This document shows positions 5,967 through 16,076 of a DNA stretch of 64,000 nucleotides, piece by piece. The notes under the pieces were generated by a model. That model saw nothing but the letters and a program-made list of their open reading frames with translations, did not search any database and was not told where the DNA came from. This DNA comes from a bacterium (GTDB taxonomy: Bacteria; UBA8248): assembly GCA_965261085.1 (NCBI GenBank), contig OZ253442.1, positions 2,080,001-2,144,000 on the forward strand, in the 5' to 3' direction. Made by a program: the position numbers and the translations under genes. Each line of letters starts with the position of its first letter. The stretch's first letter is position 1.

Positions 5967-8126
5967 GTGATGAAACTCACCGGTAATAAAATCTTTTCAT
6001 TCATGTGGGCGGCGGCCTTCGCGCTGACGCTGGCCGGCTGCGGCGGCGGCGGTGGTGGTGGTGCGTCGGACGATACCATGACGACACCGTCAGTACCCGA
6101 CCAGGCGATCATGGCGGCGAAAGATGCGGCGGCGGAAGCTGCGGCAGAGGCTACGGCGGCGCTGAATGCAGCGAAGGAGGCCGTAGACGGCGCCAGTGCA
6201 GACCAGGATTATGACGCCGTGCACTACGCTCTCGCCACTACCGAACTGGGCAAGGCCAAGGATGCCAAGGCGGCTGCGGAGGCCGCACAGGCGGACGCCG
6301 AGATGTTCGCCAAGGCGGTTGCGGATGCCAAGAAGGCTGCGCCTCCGGCTTCTTCGGATCAGGCCGAGTTTGAAGCAAGGCTGGCCCTGGCGGATGCCAA
6401 GACTGCAACGGCGAGCGCCGTAGCGGCGGCGGGTGCGGCCGTGACGGCGACGAAGGCGGCTGCGAGAGCGGCGGCGGCTGCGGTGACCAAGGCGACGGCG
6501 GCAAGGACGAATGCCGCTGGAGCCGAGGCCGCGAAGAAGGCGGCGGATCAAGCGGCGAAGGACGCGGCGGCCGCCAAGAAGACGGCGGATGCGGCGAAGG
6601 CCGCCGTAGCGAAACTCAATGATGACGGCATCGGCACCAGGAAGGGTGCTGCGGACCTCGAGTCGGCTGCGGACACTGCTGCGGGCAATGCAGCCACCGC
6701 CATGAGGAAGGCGAATGAAGCCAAGGCGGCTGCCGAAAAGGCGCGGGACGATGCCATGGCTGCGGCTAACACGCACGTTCTGGGCTTGTTCAAGGCGGCG
6801 AATGGAGACGATATTACATTTGTCGGCAGTGAAGATGATGCGGATATCGCCTCTGCTCTCGGAAGAGCGAAATCCGCTCGGAGAAAGGCCGTTATCGAAG
6901 CAATCGGAACAGCGGCGGACGCCCGACTCGGAGCTGAAGTTGTGATTAAGTGGCCTGCCGACGTGGCAGCCAATCCTGATGCTGCACCACCTACGGAGGC
7001 CGTGCCCGGAGCGCTTTCGATTGAGGTCATCCCCACCGGCGGCTCTGAGATTCCCTTCCGCGCGGAAGCCGTGGAGGATGACCCTTTTACGGATCGAGAC
7101 GAGTCCATGTCGAAGACGGCCACCAAGATCGACGGGTTGCCCGGCTTCAAACACGGGTATGCAGTTTCGGATGGCGGGTCCCATACAATCGTCTTCACCG
7201 ACAAGGAACAGTCGACTCCGGCCGTTCCGGAGAAGACCGTCACCTTGACCTTAGATAACCGGCCCGTGACTGCTTCTCGGGTTGTCCTGCCGGAAGGTGC
7301 AACCACTCTTTCAAACGCCACCTACGATCATGACGGTGACCCGGATACGTTTGGGGTTACAGCCACATTCACGTGTGGTTCAACCAACCCGAGTGATTGC
7401 TCGTTTTCAATTCAAGACGGGAAACTGACATCTCTTGTTGGATATGTAGTTGATGTCTCTGTAACCGATTTTCTACTAGCTGCCGCAAAAGATGGAGTAG
7501 ATGATAATGACTACCTCGCCTTCGGCGTCTGGCTGAGAGTCGACGAGGACGGCAACACGGATGGCGAGCTACCGGCCGTCGGCGTATTCGCAGACGGCGG
7601 AACGCCTTTCGCTACGTCTGCAGCTCTTATCGGTACGGCGACTTACCGGGGCGCTGCTACGGGCGTTTATACCCAGGGAAGCGCGGTTGATTACTTCCAA
7701 GGCAGCGCCACCTTGACGGCCAACTTCGGCACGAAGCCCGAGATGGGTGAAGACGACATGATGGGAGCCATCACCGGCATGATTCACGACATCGTGGCGG
7801 GTGGTGTTTCCATGCGCGATGTTATTCTCCTGAACGCTGATTTTACGAATGCTGATGGTAAGCCCGTGGATAACATTACTGCGGCAGGCGGCTTCACCGG
7901 AATGGCCCGCATGGGCGCGCCCACCGTGACAGGCGACGTGGCCTCGCACCCCTACAACGGCGCATGGGGCGGGCAGTTCTACGGTCCGGCTGCGGATGAA
8001 GACGCGACAGGCGTAGATGCCCTTCCGCCTGCGGTTGCCGGCGCGTTCGGCGTGACCGGCGCCACGGGTGAAGGCGATGCCGCCGTCACCAGAAGTTACG
8101 TGGGCGCGTTCGGCGCGCGCAGGTAG
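5967..8126 (+). CDS. Surface lipoprotein 2 with Ala-rich coiled-coil stalk and TbpB-like C-terminal barrel
   Basis: Nearly the same RBS, GTG-ATG start and signal peptide (LAGC-GGG) as gene 1; Ala/Lys-rich helix ~6110-6770; C-terminus GTATYRGAATGVY...SYVGAFGARR. Confidence 0.8.
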   Translation: MMKLTGNKIFSFMWAAAFALTLAGCGGGGGGGASDDTMTTPSVPDQAIMAAKDAAAEAAAEATAALNAAKEAVDGASADQDYDAVHYALATTELGKAKDAKAAAEAAQADAEMFAKAVADAKKAAPPASSDQAEFEARLALADAKTATASAVAAAGAAVTATKAAARAAAAAVTKATAARTNAAGAEAAKKAADQAAKDAAAAKKTADAAKAAVAKLNDDGIGTRKGAADLESAADTAAGNAATAMRKANEAKAAAEKARDDAMAAANTHVLGLFKAANGDDITFVGSEDDADIASALGRAKSARRKAVIEAIGTAADARLGAEVVIKWPADVAANPDAAPPTEAVPGALSIEVIPTGGSEIPFRAEAVEDDPFTDRDESMSKTATKIDGLPGFKHGYAVSDGGSHTIVFTDKEQSTPAVPEKTVTLTLDNRPVTASRVVLPEGATTLSNATYDHDGDPDTFGVTATFTCGSTNPSDCSFSIQDGKLTSLVGYVVDVSVTDFLLAAAKDGVDDNDYLAFGVWLRVDEDGNTDGELPAVGVFADGGTPFATSAALIGTATYRGAATGVYTQGSAVDYFQGSATLTANFGTKPEMGEDDMMGAITGMIHDIVAGGVSMRDVILLNADFTNADGKPVDNITAAGGFTGMARMGAPTVTGDVASHPYNGAWGGQFYGPAADEDATGVDALPPAVAGAFGVTGATGEGDAAVTRSYVGAFGARR

Positions 8127-8137
8127 TAGAAGAAAAA

Positions 8138-8211
8138 GCAAGACGCCTTTGGGCCTCGGGCTTATCAAGCCCCGGGGCCGGGGGCGATCCGATAAGAAAG
8201 AAAAGGGGATT
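8138..8211 (+). other. Conserved 3' hairpin downstream of lipoprotein 2
   Basis: GGCCTCGGGCTT/AAGCCCCGGGGCC stem plus AAGAAAGAAAAGGGGATT; homologous to 4647-4722. Confidence 0.6.
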
Positions 8212-8274
8212 TCCGAAGCGGGGAGGGAGAGCGTCGAAGGGGAGCGCGCCCTTCGATACAAACGCTCCTTTCTC

Positions 8275-9796
8275 GGGGTTGTTGAAAAACCCCTGACTCT
8301 ATGCTTGGATGTATGGATATTACGCGCCCGAGAAGGGAATATCCGCGATGTTGGGACGCAAGAACCGCGCCCAGATGGATTTGTTCATCACCGGTTCGCT
8401 GGAGAGGTTGATTCCCGAGGATCACATATTGGCCCGCGTGAACCGCGTTCTGGACCTGAGTTGGCTGCGCGAGGAAGTGGCGGATTGTTATTGCGCGGAC
8501 AACGGCCGTCCTGGGATCGACCCCGAAGTGGCGGTTCGGTTGATGTTGGCGGGCCTTCTGCTGGGGTTCGTGCACGACCGTCGGTTGATGCGCGAGGCGC
8601 AGGTGAACATCGCGATCCGGTGGTTCATCGGTTACGGGCTGGAGGATCGGCTGCCGGATCATTCGAGCCTGACGCGGATACGGCAGCGCTGGGGGGAGGC
8701 CCGGTTCCGGGAGATATTCCGCCGCACGGTCCGTGCGTGCCTGGATGCGAAGGTGGCCAAGGCCGAAGTCGTGCACGTGGACGCCTCATTGATCCGCGCG
8801 GACGTGAGTTGGGAGAGTCTGGTGGAGCGTCACGTGGACGAGGTGATAGCGGAGAACCCCGTCGAGGAGGAGGCCGGGAAGAAGGGTGGAGGAGGCCGCC
8901 GTGGCGGGGGTTCCGGGAAGGTGAGCCGGACGGACCCGGACGCGCGGCTGGCGAGAACGGGCGGGGGATTCGAGCCGAGCTACAAGCAGCACGCTGTGGT
9001 GGACGACACGCGCGGGGTGGTGCTCGACGTATCGGTGACGGAGGGTACGGTGAACGAGCGTGAGGTGCTCGAATCGCAGGTGGAAGCGGTATGCGAGGTA
9101 TCGGGGCGCGCGCCCGCGATGGTGACGGCGGACTCTGGCTACGCCTACTCGAAGGTCTACGCGGCCCTGGAGCGCCGGGGTGTGGCCGCGCTCATTCCGG
9201 CGAAGAGGGAACCCTCGCAGAGCCGTGTTCCGTTGCGCCTGTTCCGCTACGACGCGCGGCACGACATCGTGAAGTGTCCGCGCGGCAAGATACTGAGCCC
9301 CCGTCGGCCCGCAAAGGGGGGGCGTTATTATCGTTCGAAGACCCGTGATTGCGCGGGCTGCGCGCTTCGCGAGGATTGCCTGCCGAAGGCGTGGTCGAGC
9401 AAGGTGGTGTTGGTTCCGCATGCGTATCCGGCGCTGTTGCGCGCGCGCCGGCGCCATGCGCGATGGAGGGAGGAGGAGCGGCGGATGTACCGGCGTCATA
9501 TGTGGCGCTCGGAGGGCTACCACGGCGAGGCGAAGACCTGGCACGGGCTTGCGCGCGCGGTGCGGCGCGGTCTTGAGAACATGAAGATACAGTCCTACCT
9601 GACGGCGGCGGCGATCAACCTCAAGCGGCTCTCCGCCGCACTTGCTGCAAGGTTATTCGCCCTCTGGAGGGCCTGGTCGGCCCGGGAAGAGCCTCTGTGC
9701 GTCCATCGCGGCCTCGCAAGCTGCGCGGGCTTCCTGTCCGCCGCCGCGTGACCCTCCATACCGCCCGCTCCCGAAACCGGGTTATTCAACAACCCC
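8275..9796 (+). mobile_element. IS1182-family insertion sequence
   Basis: TIRs GGGGTTGTTGAAAAACCC / GGGTTATTCAACAACCCC; 5-bp direct repeat TTCTC at 8270-8274 and 9797-9801. Confidence 0.9.
8348..9751 (+). CDS. IS1182-family DDE transposase
   Basis: GRPGIDPEV, PDHSSLTRIRQR, HVDAS, TADSGY, CPRG...C-x2-C-x4-C, EGYHGEAK. Confidence 0.9.
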   Translation: MLGRKNRAQMDLFITGSLERLIPEDHILARVNRVLDLSWLREEVADCYCADNGRPGIDPEVAVRLMLAGLLLGFVHDRRLMREAQVNIAIRWFIGYGLEDRLPDHSSLTRIRQRWGEARFREIFRRTVRACLDAKVAKAEVVHVDASLIRADVSWESLVERHVDEVIAENPVEEEAGKKGGGGRRGGGSGKVSRTDPDARLARTGGGFEPSYKQHAVVDDTRGVVLDVSVTEGTVNEREVLESQVEAVCEVSGRAPAMVTADSGYAYSKVYAALERRGVAALIPAKREPSQSRVPLRLFRYDARHDIVKCPRGKILSPRRPAKGGRYYRSKTRDCAGCALREDCLPKAWSSKVVLVPHAYPALLRARRRHARWREEERRMYRRHMWRSEGYHGEAKTWHGLARAVRRGLENMKIQSYLTAAAINLKRLSAALAARLFALWRAWSAREEPLCVHRGLASCAGFLSAAA

Positions 9797-10042
9797 TTCT
9801 CAGTCGCGTTTGACCTTCGGCGGCTACTCAGGGTGAGGTCGATACGGTGGCCATGCAAGACGAGGGGAACACGCTCGCTCCCAGGGCCGGGTTTTTCAAC
9901 AGCCCCTCCTCACTCGGATTTGATATTCATCACTCGCGTTTGACACTCCCGCGCATCGGTCTGGATTGACGAAGCGCGCGATCTGTTCATATAGTAATGG
10001 ATGTCCCGAAGCGCCGGAGGACCCGTCGCCAAGGAGAAACGC

Positions 10043-10288
10043 ATGACGACGTATGAATACCTGAACCTCACCGCCTCCTACGGCGGCCTTGCGCTGATCT
10101 GCTACGGCATCCGCGTCATGGCGAAGGGCGCCGAAATGCGCGCGACCGACTCCGAGCGCAAGCACGAGCAGGTGATGACCGCATCCGAGCGCAGGCACGA
10201 GGAGTCGATGACGTCCCTGCGCGAACTCATCGACGGGCAGGCGGAAAGCCGCATGGCCCTGCGCATACTCATCGAGCGAACCGGATAG
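10043..10288 (+). CDS. Small membrane/coiled-coil protein, copy 2
   Basis: Identical to 5442-5687 except K to I near the C-terminus. Confidence 0.65.
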   Translation: MTTYEYLNLTASYGGLALICYGIRVMAKGAEMRATDSERKHEQVMTASERRHEESMTSLRELIDGQAESRMALRILIERTG

Positions 10289-11003
10289 CGAACCACAAGG
10301 TCGTCATTCCGGCGCATGCCGGTGGCGACCGGGAGGTTGACCAGAACCAAAGTGGAACGTCCGGCGTCGGGCGTTTCCGGATACCGGATAAAAACACTCC
10401 GGGATGACGAGCCAAACCGTTATCCGCCGCAGCAGAATTCCTTCTTGATCAGTCGGCAAACGCTCTCGCGCATTGGTCGCGTTTGATCTCACTCGCTCGC
10501 GTTTGACGCGCAATTCCCCGCATTTGGCGTCGCCGCGCCCGTAGCGGGATGCGCGAGAATGCCGTCCGCAAATGCAGTTTCCCGCTTGCACTTGAGCATC
10601 ATGAGGAAGGCACGATGAAAAAGGGAATTTCAGGGGATCATTTCTTCCGCACGCACCTGGCGAATCCCTCGCGGCGGTCGCAATCGCATTTGGCGGACCT
10701 CGCGCGCTACCCGCAGGCCGACGGCTCCGTCGGGGCGATGGAAAGGCGCGGGGGCGGGAGGAGAACGGGGGTTTCGGAATTGATGAAAAATACGATAAAT
10801 ATCGATTAATACATGAAAAGGTTTATGGCTCATCCTACCAGGACAATCTATTATAATTCATGTAATTGTAGAGTTATATTAAAGTAGTACATTATAGAAT
10901 TATCGAAATTTATCGAATTGAAAACTTTTCTCAAACCCCCGCATTTGCCCGCATTTCCCCGCACGGAGTCATCGTTTCAGCAGCCACCAGGTGAACCGGG
11001 GGG

Positions 11004-11537
11004 TCACCTTTTCAGCAGCCACACGCCGTCCTCGCCATCCACCTCGCGCATCCTGACCTGAATGTGCTCCTGTAAGGATGTGGGCACGTTCTTGCCGATA
11101 AAATCGGGCCGAAACGGCAATTCCCTGTGGCCGCGGTCTATCAGGGCGGCGAGCCAGATTTTACGGGGCCTCCCGAGCTCCATGATGGCGTCGATGGCCG
11201 CGCGGGCCGTCCTGCCCGTGAAGAAAACGTCGTCGACTAGTAATACTCCCCGATCCGTCAGGTCGAAATCGATGAGCGTGGGCTCGAAACCGCGCCCCTC
11301 GGTGGGGTGCCCCGCGTCGTCGCGGTGGACGCCGATATCGAGCGCGCCCAGGGGGGGCGAGATGCCTTCGAGTTCCTCGATATGCCCCGCAAGCCGCCTG
11401 GCGAGCGGTTCTCCCCGGGTGAGCACCCCGATGAGAGCGATGTTCTTATCCGCCGCGCACGCCTCCATCATCTCGGAGGCGATTCTCTTGAGCGAGAGTT
11501 CAAGCTCTTGCGCCGTCATGATGGATATCGGAGCCAT
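11004..11537 (-). CDS. pyrR: PyrR paralogue (pyrimidine regulator/uracil phosphoribosyltransferase)
   Basis: [18 protein letters not shown] motif; LIDRGHRELP.RPDFIGKN. Confidence 0.8.
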   Translation of the reverse strand: MAPISIMTAQELELSLKRIASEMMEACAADKNIALIGVLTRGEPLARRLAGHIEELEGISPPLGALDIGVHRDDAGHPTEGRGFEPTLIDFDLTDRGVLLVDDVFFTGRTARAAIDAIMELGRPRKIWLAALIDRGHRELPFRPDFIGKNVPTSLQEHIQVRMREVDGEDGVWLLKR

Positions 11538-11603
11538 GCAGGGTACCTGGAGTTGTCGGAAACGGATTCAGGTCATCCTAGAACTTATGGGTTCGCGGAT
11601 CAA

Positions 11604-12929
11604 TCAATCATTCTTCGGAACCGGAAAATTCCGCCGGGCGAAGTCCCTGGCCTCCTCGGTTGTGGATATGCGCCCTTCGAGCTGCTCGTCTTCGAGCGCA
11701 AAGAGGATTTCCCCCAGCCCGCGCCCCGCCGGATAGCCTATTTCCATGAGTTCGTGGCCATCGAGCAAACGCGGCGGACGCAAGCCTTCCTCGTAAAGCT
11801 CGCCAAGTTTTCGCGTGCAGAATTCATACGTTCTTAAATTCCCGTGACTGGCGAGGCAATCGATACGGTGGAGTTCCAGCAATTCCTCGAAATACGGCTC
11901 GCGCAGGAATCTTTTCAGGCGGCTTTCGCGCATCTTTTCCACGTGCATGAAGCGCATGTGATTGGCGACCAACTCGTGGATTCTCGATGCGCGCGCTCTG
12001 GGCATGCGGAGCCTTTCGCAGATGCCCAAGCTCATCGCCGCGCCCGCCTTGTCATGCCCGTTGAAGCGGATTCTGTCGGTTTCGGTGTATGTAACCGGTT
12101 TTCCGACATCATGGAGCAATACGCCCCACGAGAGCGTCGGCGAGGCGGCGCGCTTGATGCGCAACATGGCGAGGACGTGCGTCCACACGTCCCCTTCTGG
12201 GTGAAATTCCGGCGGTTGCGCCACGCCCTTCATGGCGGCGACTTCGGGAAGGACGTATTCCAGGAGCCCCGAGGCGGCGAGCATGGCGAAGGCGCTATCG
12301 GCATTCTCGTGGGTCAGCATCATCGTCAACTCGTCACGAATCCTCTCCGGGCTTATTTTCCCGATGTTCTTCGCATGGGTTTCGATGGCGACGGCTGTCT
12401 TGGACTCGAGCGCGGAACCGAACCTCGCCGAGAAGCGAACCGCTCTCAGCATCCGCAAATGGTCTTCGCAGAACCTGAGATTCGCGTCTCCGATGGCCCG
12501 AATGATTCCGTCTTCGAGATCGCGCAGGCCGCCGACGTAATCGAGGACCCGGCTCGTCGATACGTCATAAAACAACCCGTTGATCGTGAAATCACGCCGC
12601 TTCGCGTCCCCTTCCTCATCGGAGGGCCGAACCGAGTCGGGATGTCTTCCGTCCCTGTAGGCGCCGTCTTCGCGAAATTGCGCCACTTCAAACTCCTGGC
12701 CATCCATGCGCACGAGCACCACGCCAAACTGCGCTCCCACCGCGATGGTTTTCTCGAAGCGGCCTTGCACGATTTGCGGCGTTGCATCTGTGGCGATATC
12801 CCAGTCTTTCGGTTGAGACCCAAGCAGGGCGTCCCTCACACACCCGCCCGCAAGAAGCGCTCTATGACCCGAGGCCTCGAGGGTCTGGATAATCTGAATC
12901 GCCGCATCCGGAGGCTTTATGTTCAGCAT
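11604..12929 (-). CDS. CCA tRNA nucleotidyltransferase / poly(A) polymerase family with HD domain
   Basis: GGCVRDALLG...DWDIAT, RRDFTING, EDHLRMLRAVRF, HPEGDVWTH, LLHDVGK. Confidence 0.9.
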   Translation of the reverse strand: MLNIKPPDAAIQIIQTLEASGHRALLAGGCVRDALLGSQPKDWDIATDATPQIVQGRFEKTIAVGAQFGVVLVRMDGQEFEVAQFREDGAYRDGRHPDSVRPSDEEGDAKRRDFTINGLFYDVSTSRVLDYVGGLRDLEDGIIRAIGDANLRFCEDHLRMLRAVRFSARFGSALESKTAVAIETHAKNIGKISPERIRDELTMMLTHENADSAFAMLAASGLLEYVLPEVAAMKGVAQPPEFHPEGDVWTHVLAMLRIKRAASPTLSWGVLLHDVGKPVTYTETDRIRFNGHDKAGAAMSLGICERLRMPRARASRIHELVANHMRFMHVEKMRESRLKRFLREPYFEELLELHRIDCLASHGNLRTYEFCTRKLGELYEEGLRPPRLLDGHELMEIGYPAGRGLGEILFALEDEQLEGRISTTEEARDFARRNFPVPKND

Positions 12930-13064
12930 CGTCTACTCACCGTGGTTGAAATATCCAAATCATCAATACTACGATAGGCCTAATCCTGAGTGCGGGCAAA
13001 CGGTTGTTCGTGGAGATGCTCGCCCTGTTCCAGACGCGGTCGCCGACTGTCTATTGGAGTAACG

Positions 13065-14081
13065 ATGGTAGGCCATCATATGAGAGCGTTGATTTTTTTC
13101 GTCTTTTTCTTGATGCCAGCGAATATTAGTTATGCCGCGTCTTTGGATGAGAAATCAATCAACACAGGGCTCGAGCAGGTCGCCGCGGGTGATTATTTGC
13201 CCGCCTCGGATACGTTTGATCGGGTAGTCTCATCGGCACCCGAGCGCCCGGAGGGGTATTTCTTCAAGGCTTCTGTTTTCCACATTCTGAAAGGGCATAT
13301 CCGGCGCAAGGACTATTATGAAACTTGGCGAAAAAACACCGCAAAAGCGCTCGCCCTCTCCGAGGCTTTGTTGGAGAAAAACCCAAAGGACACGAGAGCG
13401 CTACTCATGGCCAGTTTAGTGGAAGGCATGCGGATTGTCGATGCGCTCGATAACAGCAGTTATCTCTCCGCATTCCTGCGGGCGGGAGCCATGGAGAAAC
13501 ATCTGGAAAAGGCCGTCGGACTGGAGTCGAAACTTTACGATGCCTACTACGGGCTGGGGATTTACCACATCAGGGGAAGTACGGAGAGCTGGGTGAGAAT
13601 GTTCCGGTTTTTCATCGGCGATACGAGCGAGAAGGGCAGAACCTATCTGCGTCGCGCTGTAGATGGAAACGGCTGGATTTCCAATTCGGCGCGTTTGGCT
13701 CTCATATGGGCGCTATTCCGGGTGAAAAGATTCCAACAGGCGAGAAAAGACGTCGAGTTTCTGCGTGGGCGCTATCCGAAGAACCCCTTGTACGACATAG
13801 CTTATGCGGAAAGTTTTTTTATCGCGGAGGATTACACGCGCGCGCGTGCGGAATATGGGAGACTGCTGTCTCGCTTGAATCAACCCAAAGATGATATTTT
13901 CAGACTGTATCGGCAGTTTTCAAAATGGCGGATTCGTCGTTGTGACTATGCTTTGGGCAATCGTAAAGAGGTGAGTGAAGAAACCGAGGAGTTGCTCACC
14001 GAAAAACACATGTATGCCTCCCTGATTGAACAGATTCGTCTGGAACTAAAATCCGCTTCTGGTGTTTTGACAGGGAAATGA
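13065..14081 (+). CDS. Exported TPR-like protein
   Basis: Signal-like N-terminus; helical TPR-like repeats (YDAYYGLGIY); start uncertain (13065 or 13080). Confidence 0.65.
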   Translation: MVGHHMRALIFFVFFLMPANISYAASLDEKSINTGLEQVAAGDYLPASDTFDRVVSSAPERPEGYFFKASVFHILKGHIRRKDYYETWRKNTAKALALSEALLEKNPKDTRALLMASLVEGMRIVDALDNSSYLSAFLRAGAMEKHLEKAVGLESKLYDAYYGLGIYHIRGSTESWVRMFRFFIGDTSEKGRTYLRRAVDGNGWISNSARLALIWALFRVKRFQQARKDVEFLRGRYPKNPLYDIAYAESFFIAEDYTRARAEYGRLLSRLNQPKDDIFRLYRQFSKWRIRRCDYALGNRKEVSEETEELLTEKHMYASLIEQIRLELKSASGVLTGK

Positions 14082-14120
14082 TTCTCCGGTGATTCACGAA
14101 AATCCAAGACGAGGGCTGAA

Positions 14121-14975
14121 ATGATGTTTTATCTGACCGTGCGAAGCGGTCTGGTGGTTTTCATGATCATCTTCGCGTTCTTCCTGCATTCGAATTTCGC
14201 ATGGTCTGCTCAGGTCAGCGTGGATTTGGAACTTGTACTGGCCGTCGATGTTTCCGGCAGTGTGGATGAAGTAGAGGGGAAGCTACAGCGGATGGGATAT
14301 GTGAACGCCTTTCGCTCCCCGTCTATTTTACGCGCCATCCAATCGGGAAGACACAAAAGCATTGCGGTCACTTACATGGAGTGGGCCGGTTTCGATACCC
14401 AGCGAGTCGTGGTGGGCTGGAAACAGATTCACGATGAGGCGAGTGCTGAGGAGTTCGCCTCCCTGCTCTCCCGCGAACCAATAGGGGTGGGTCCCTATAC
14501 ATCTATCAGCGGCGCGATTGAATTCGCGCTGCCGATGTTCGAGAACAACGGATTCACTAGCGAGCGTCGTGTTATTGACATTTCCGGCGATGGCCCGAAC
14601 AACAGCGGAGACTACGTGACCAATGCGCGGGAGAGGGCTATACGGACCGGAGTGACGATAAATGGGTTGCCGATTACAAATAACCGGCCGAGTCCCTGGG
14701 GAAGGATGCCGATGCCGAATCTGGATTTATATTACAGAAAATGCGTCATAGGGGGTAGGCGCTCTTTTTTGGTGGTCGCGAATGATTTCAAATCTTTCGG
14801 GCGTGCTATTCGTAGAAAACTGATTCTGGAGATTGTCGGCTTGCCGATGACGGAAAAATCGCGCCAGGCCCTTGACGTGCGAAAAGAAAAACGAACTCCT
14901 GTTTTGATCTCCAGAGTGGCGCCCCCATGTGATGCCGGCGAGAGGCGCCGCAGAAGCTGGTCGGAGGATTTTTAG
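14121..14975 (+). CDS. DUF1194 (vWA-like) exported protein
   Basis: VDLELVLAVDVSGSVD MIDAS-like motif; RRVIDISGDGPNN. Confidence 0.85.
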   Translation: MMFYLTVRSGLVVFMIIFAFFLHSNFAWSAQVSVDLELVLAVDVSGSVDEVEGKLQRMGYVNAFRSPSILRAIQSGRHKSIAVTYMEWAGFDTQRVVVGWKQIHDEASAEEFASLLSREPIGVGPYTSISGAIEFALPMFENNGFTSERRVIDISGDGPNNSGDYVTNARERAIRTGVTINGLPITNNRPSPWGRMPMPNLDLYYRKCVIGGRRSFLVVANDFKSFGRAIRRKLILEIVGLPMTEKSRQALDVRKEKRTPVLISRVAPPCDAGERRRRSWSEDF

Positions 14976-15071
14976 GTTTTTCTCGTTTGTTCATATAAGA
15001 TGCGAGACGAATCCTTTGTGTTATTCAATGATATTCGGATTGGTTCCTAAAACTGGGGAGTGAAAATTCTG

Positions 15072-16046
15072 ATGAAAGCCGTGCGTGTGCATCAATTCAA
15101 TATGGACGTTCCGATGCGGGTGGATGAGGTAGAAGACGCAAAACCACAGCCTGGCGAGGTGTTGATAAAAGCCAGTGCAGTCGGCGTCAACCCGGTGGAC
15201 TTGGCTATTCGGGCGGCCAAACACCCCTATGCCAAACTGGTTACGCCGCCTTATATCCCGGGAGCCGAGGCGGCGGGAGAAATTATCGCCTTGGGCGATG
15301 GCGTGGAGGGCTGGCGGATCGGGCAACGTGTATATGGCCGAGCCATGGGCGGAAGCTATGCCGAGAATGTGCGGCTCGTGGCGGATGCCACGGCGGAGTT
15401 GCCCGAGGCCTATTCTTTTGAAGAAGGTGCGTGTATCACGGTGGCGTTCTATACGGCCTGGAACGCGCTCGTCATCAAGGCGCAGGCGGGCCCCGGCGAG
15501 ACGGTGCTGATTCAAGGGGGTGCGGGAGGCGTCGGCATGGCGGCCATTCAACTCGCCAAGCGCCTGGGATGCCGGGTTTTCGCCACGGTGAGTTCTGATG
15601 AGAAGGCAAAATTCTGCAAGTCAATGGGCGCGGACGAGACGATCAACTACCGCGAGGAGGATTTCGCTGAGCGTTGTATGGAACTCACCGGTGGACGTGG
15701 CGTCGACATCGTCGTCGAGCTTTGCGCTTGCGATAATTTCGATAAAGATTTGGATGCCATCCGCGTGGACGGAAAAATCATCGTAATCGGCACGGGCACG
15801 GGCAAAGGCCCGGGGGCTGAATTTCGGGTTCCGGCCGTCATGACGAAAGACGCCGTGGTGCTGGGCCTGGCCGTTGTGAATCTGTTTCCGAAAATGCCGG
15901 AGCTGGTGCGCCGCTTCACGCCTTTGCTGCGTGAGGGAGCGTTCCGGGTCAACGTTGATAAGACGTCGAGTTTCGAGGATGCGAACGAAGCGCATGACTA
16001 TGTTCTGGAAGGTCAATTCTTGGGCAAAGTAGTCTTGGTTCCATAA
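15072..16046 (+). CDS. NADPH:quinone oxidoreductase (zeta-crystallin/MDR family)
   Basis: GVNPVD, PYIPGAEAAG, LIQGGAGGVG. Confidence 0.88.
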   Translation: MKAVRVHQFNMDVPMRVDEVEDAKPQPGEVLIKASAVGVNPVDLAIRAAKHPYAKLVTPPYIPGAEAAGEIIALGDGVEGWRIGQRVYGRAMGGSYAENVRLVADATAELPEAYSFEEGACITVAFYTAWNALVIKAQAGPGETVLIQGGAGGVGMAAIQLAKRLGCRVFATVSSDEKAKFCKSMGADETINYREEDFAERCMELTGGRGVDIVVELCACDNFDKDLDAIRVDGKIIVIGTGTGKGPGAEFRVPAVMTKDAVVLGLAVVNLFPKMPELVRRFTPLLREGAFRVNVDKTSSFEDANEAHDYVLEGQFLGKVVLVP

Positions 16047-16076
16047 AAACAGGCTGGGGCGCAAAAGGAGTGTGAG

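Noticed and set aside
10549-10809. Small ORF MKKGISGDHFF... before the AT-rich stretch
   Set aside because: No recognisable homology or motif; cannot be supported as a gene
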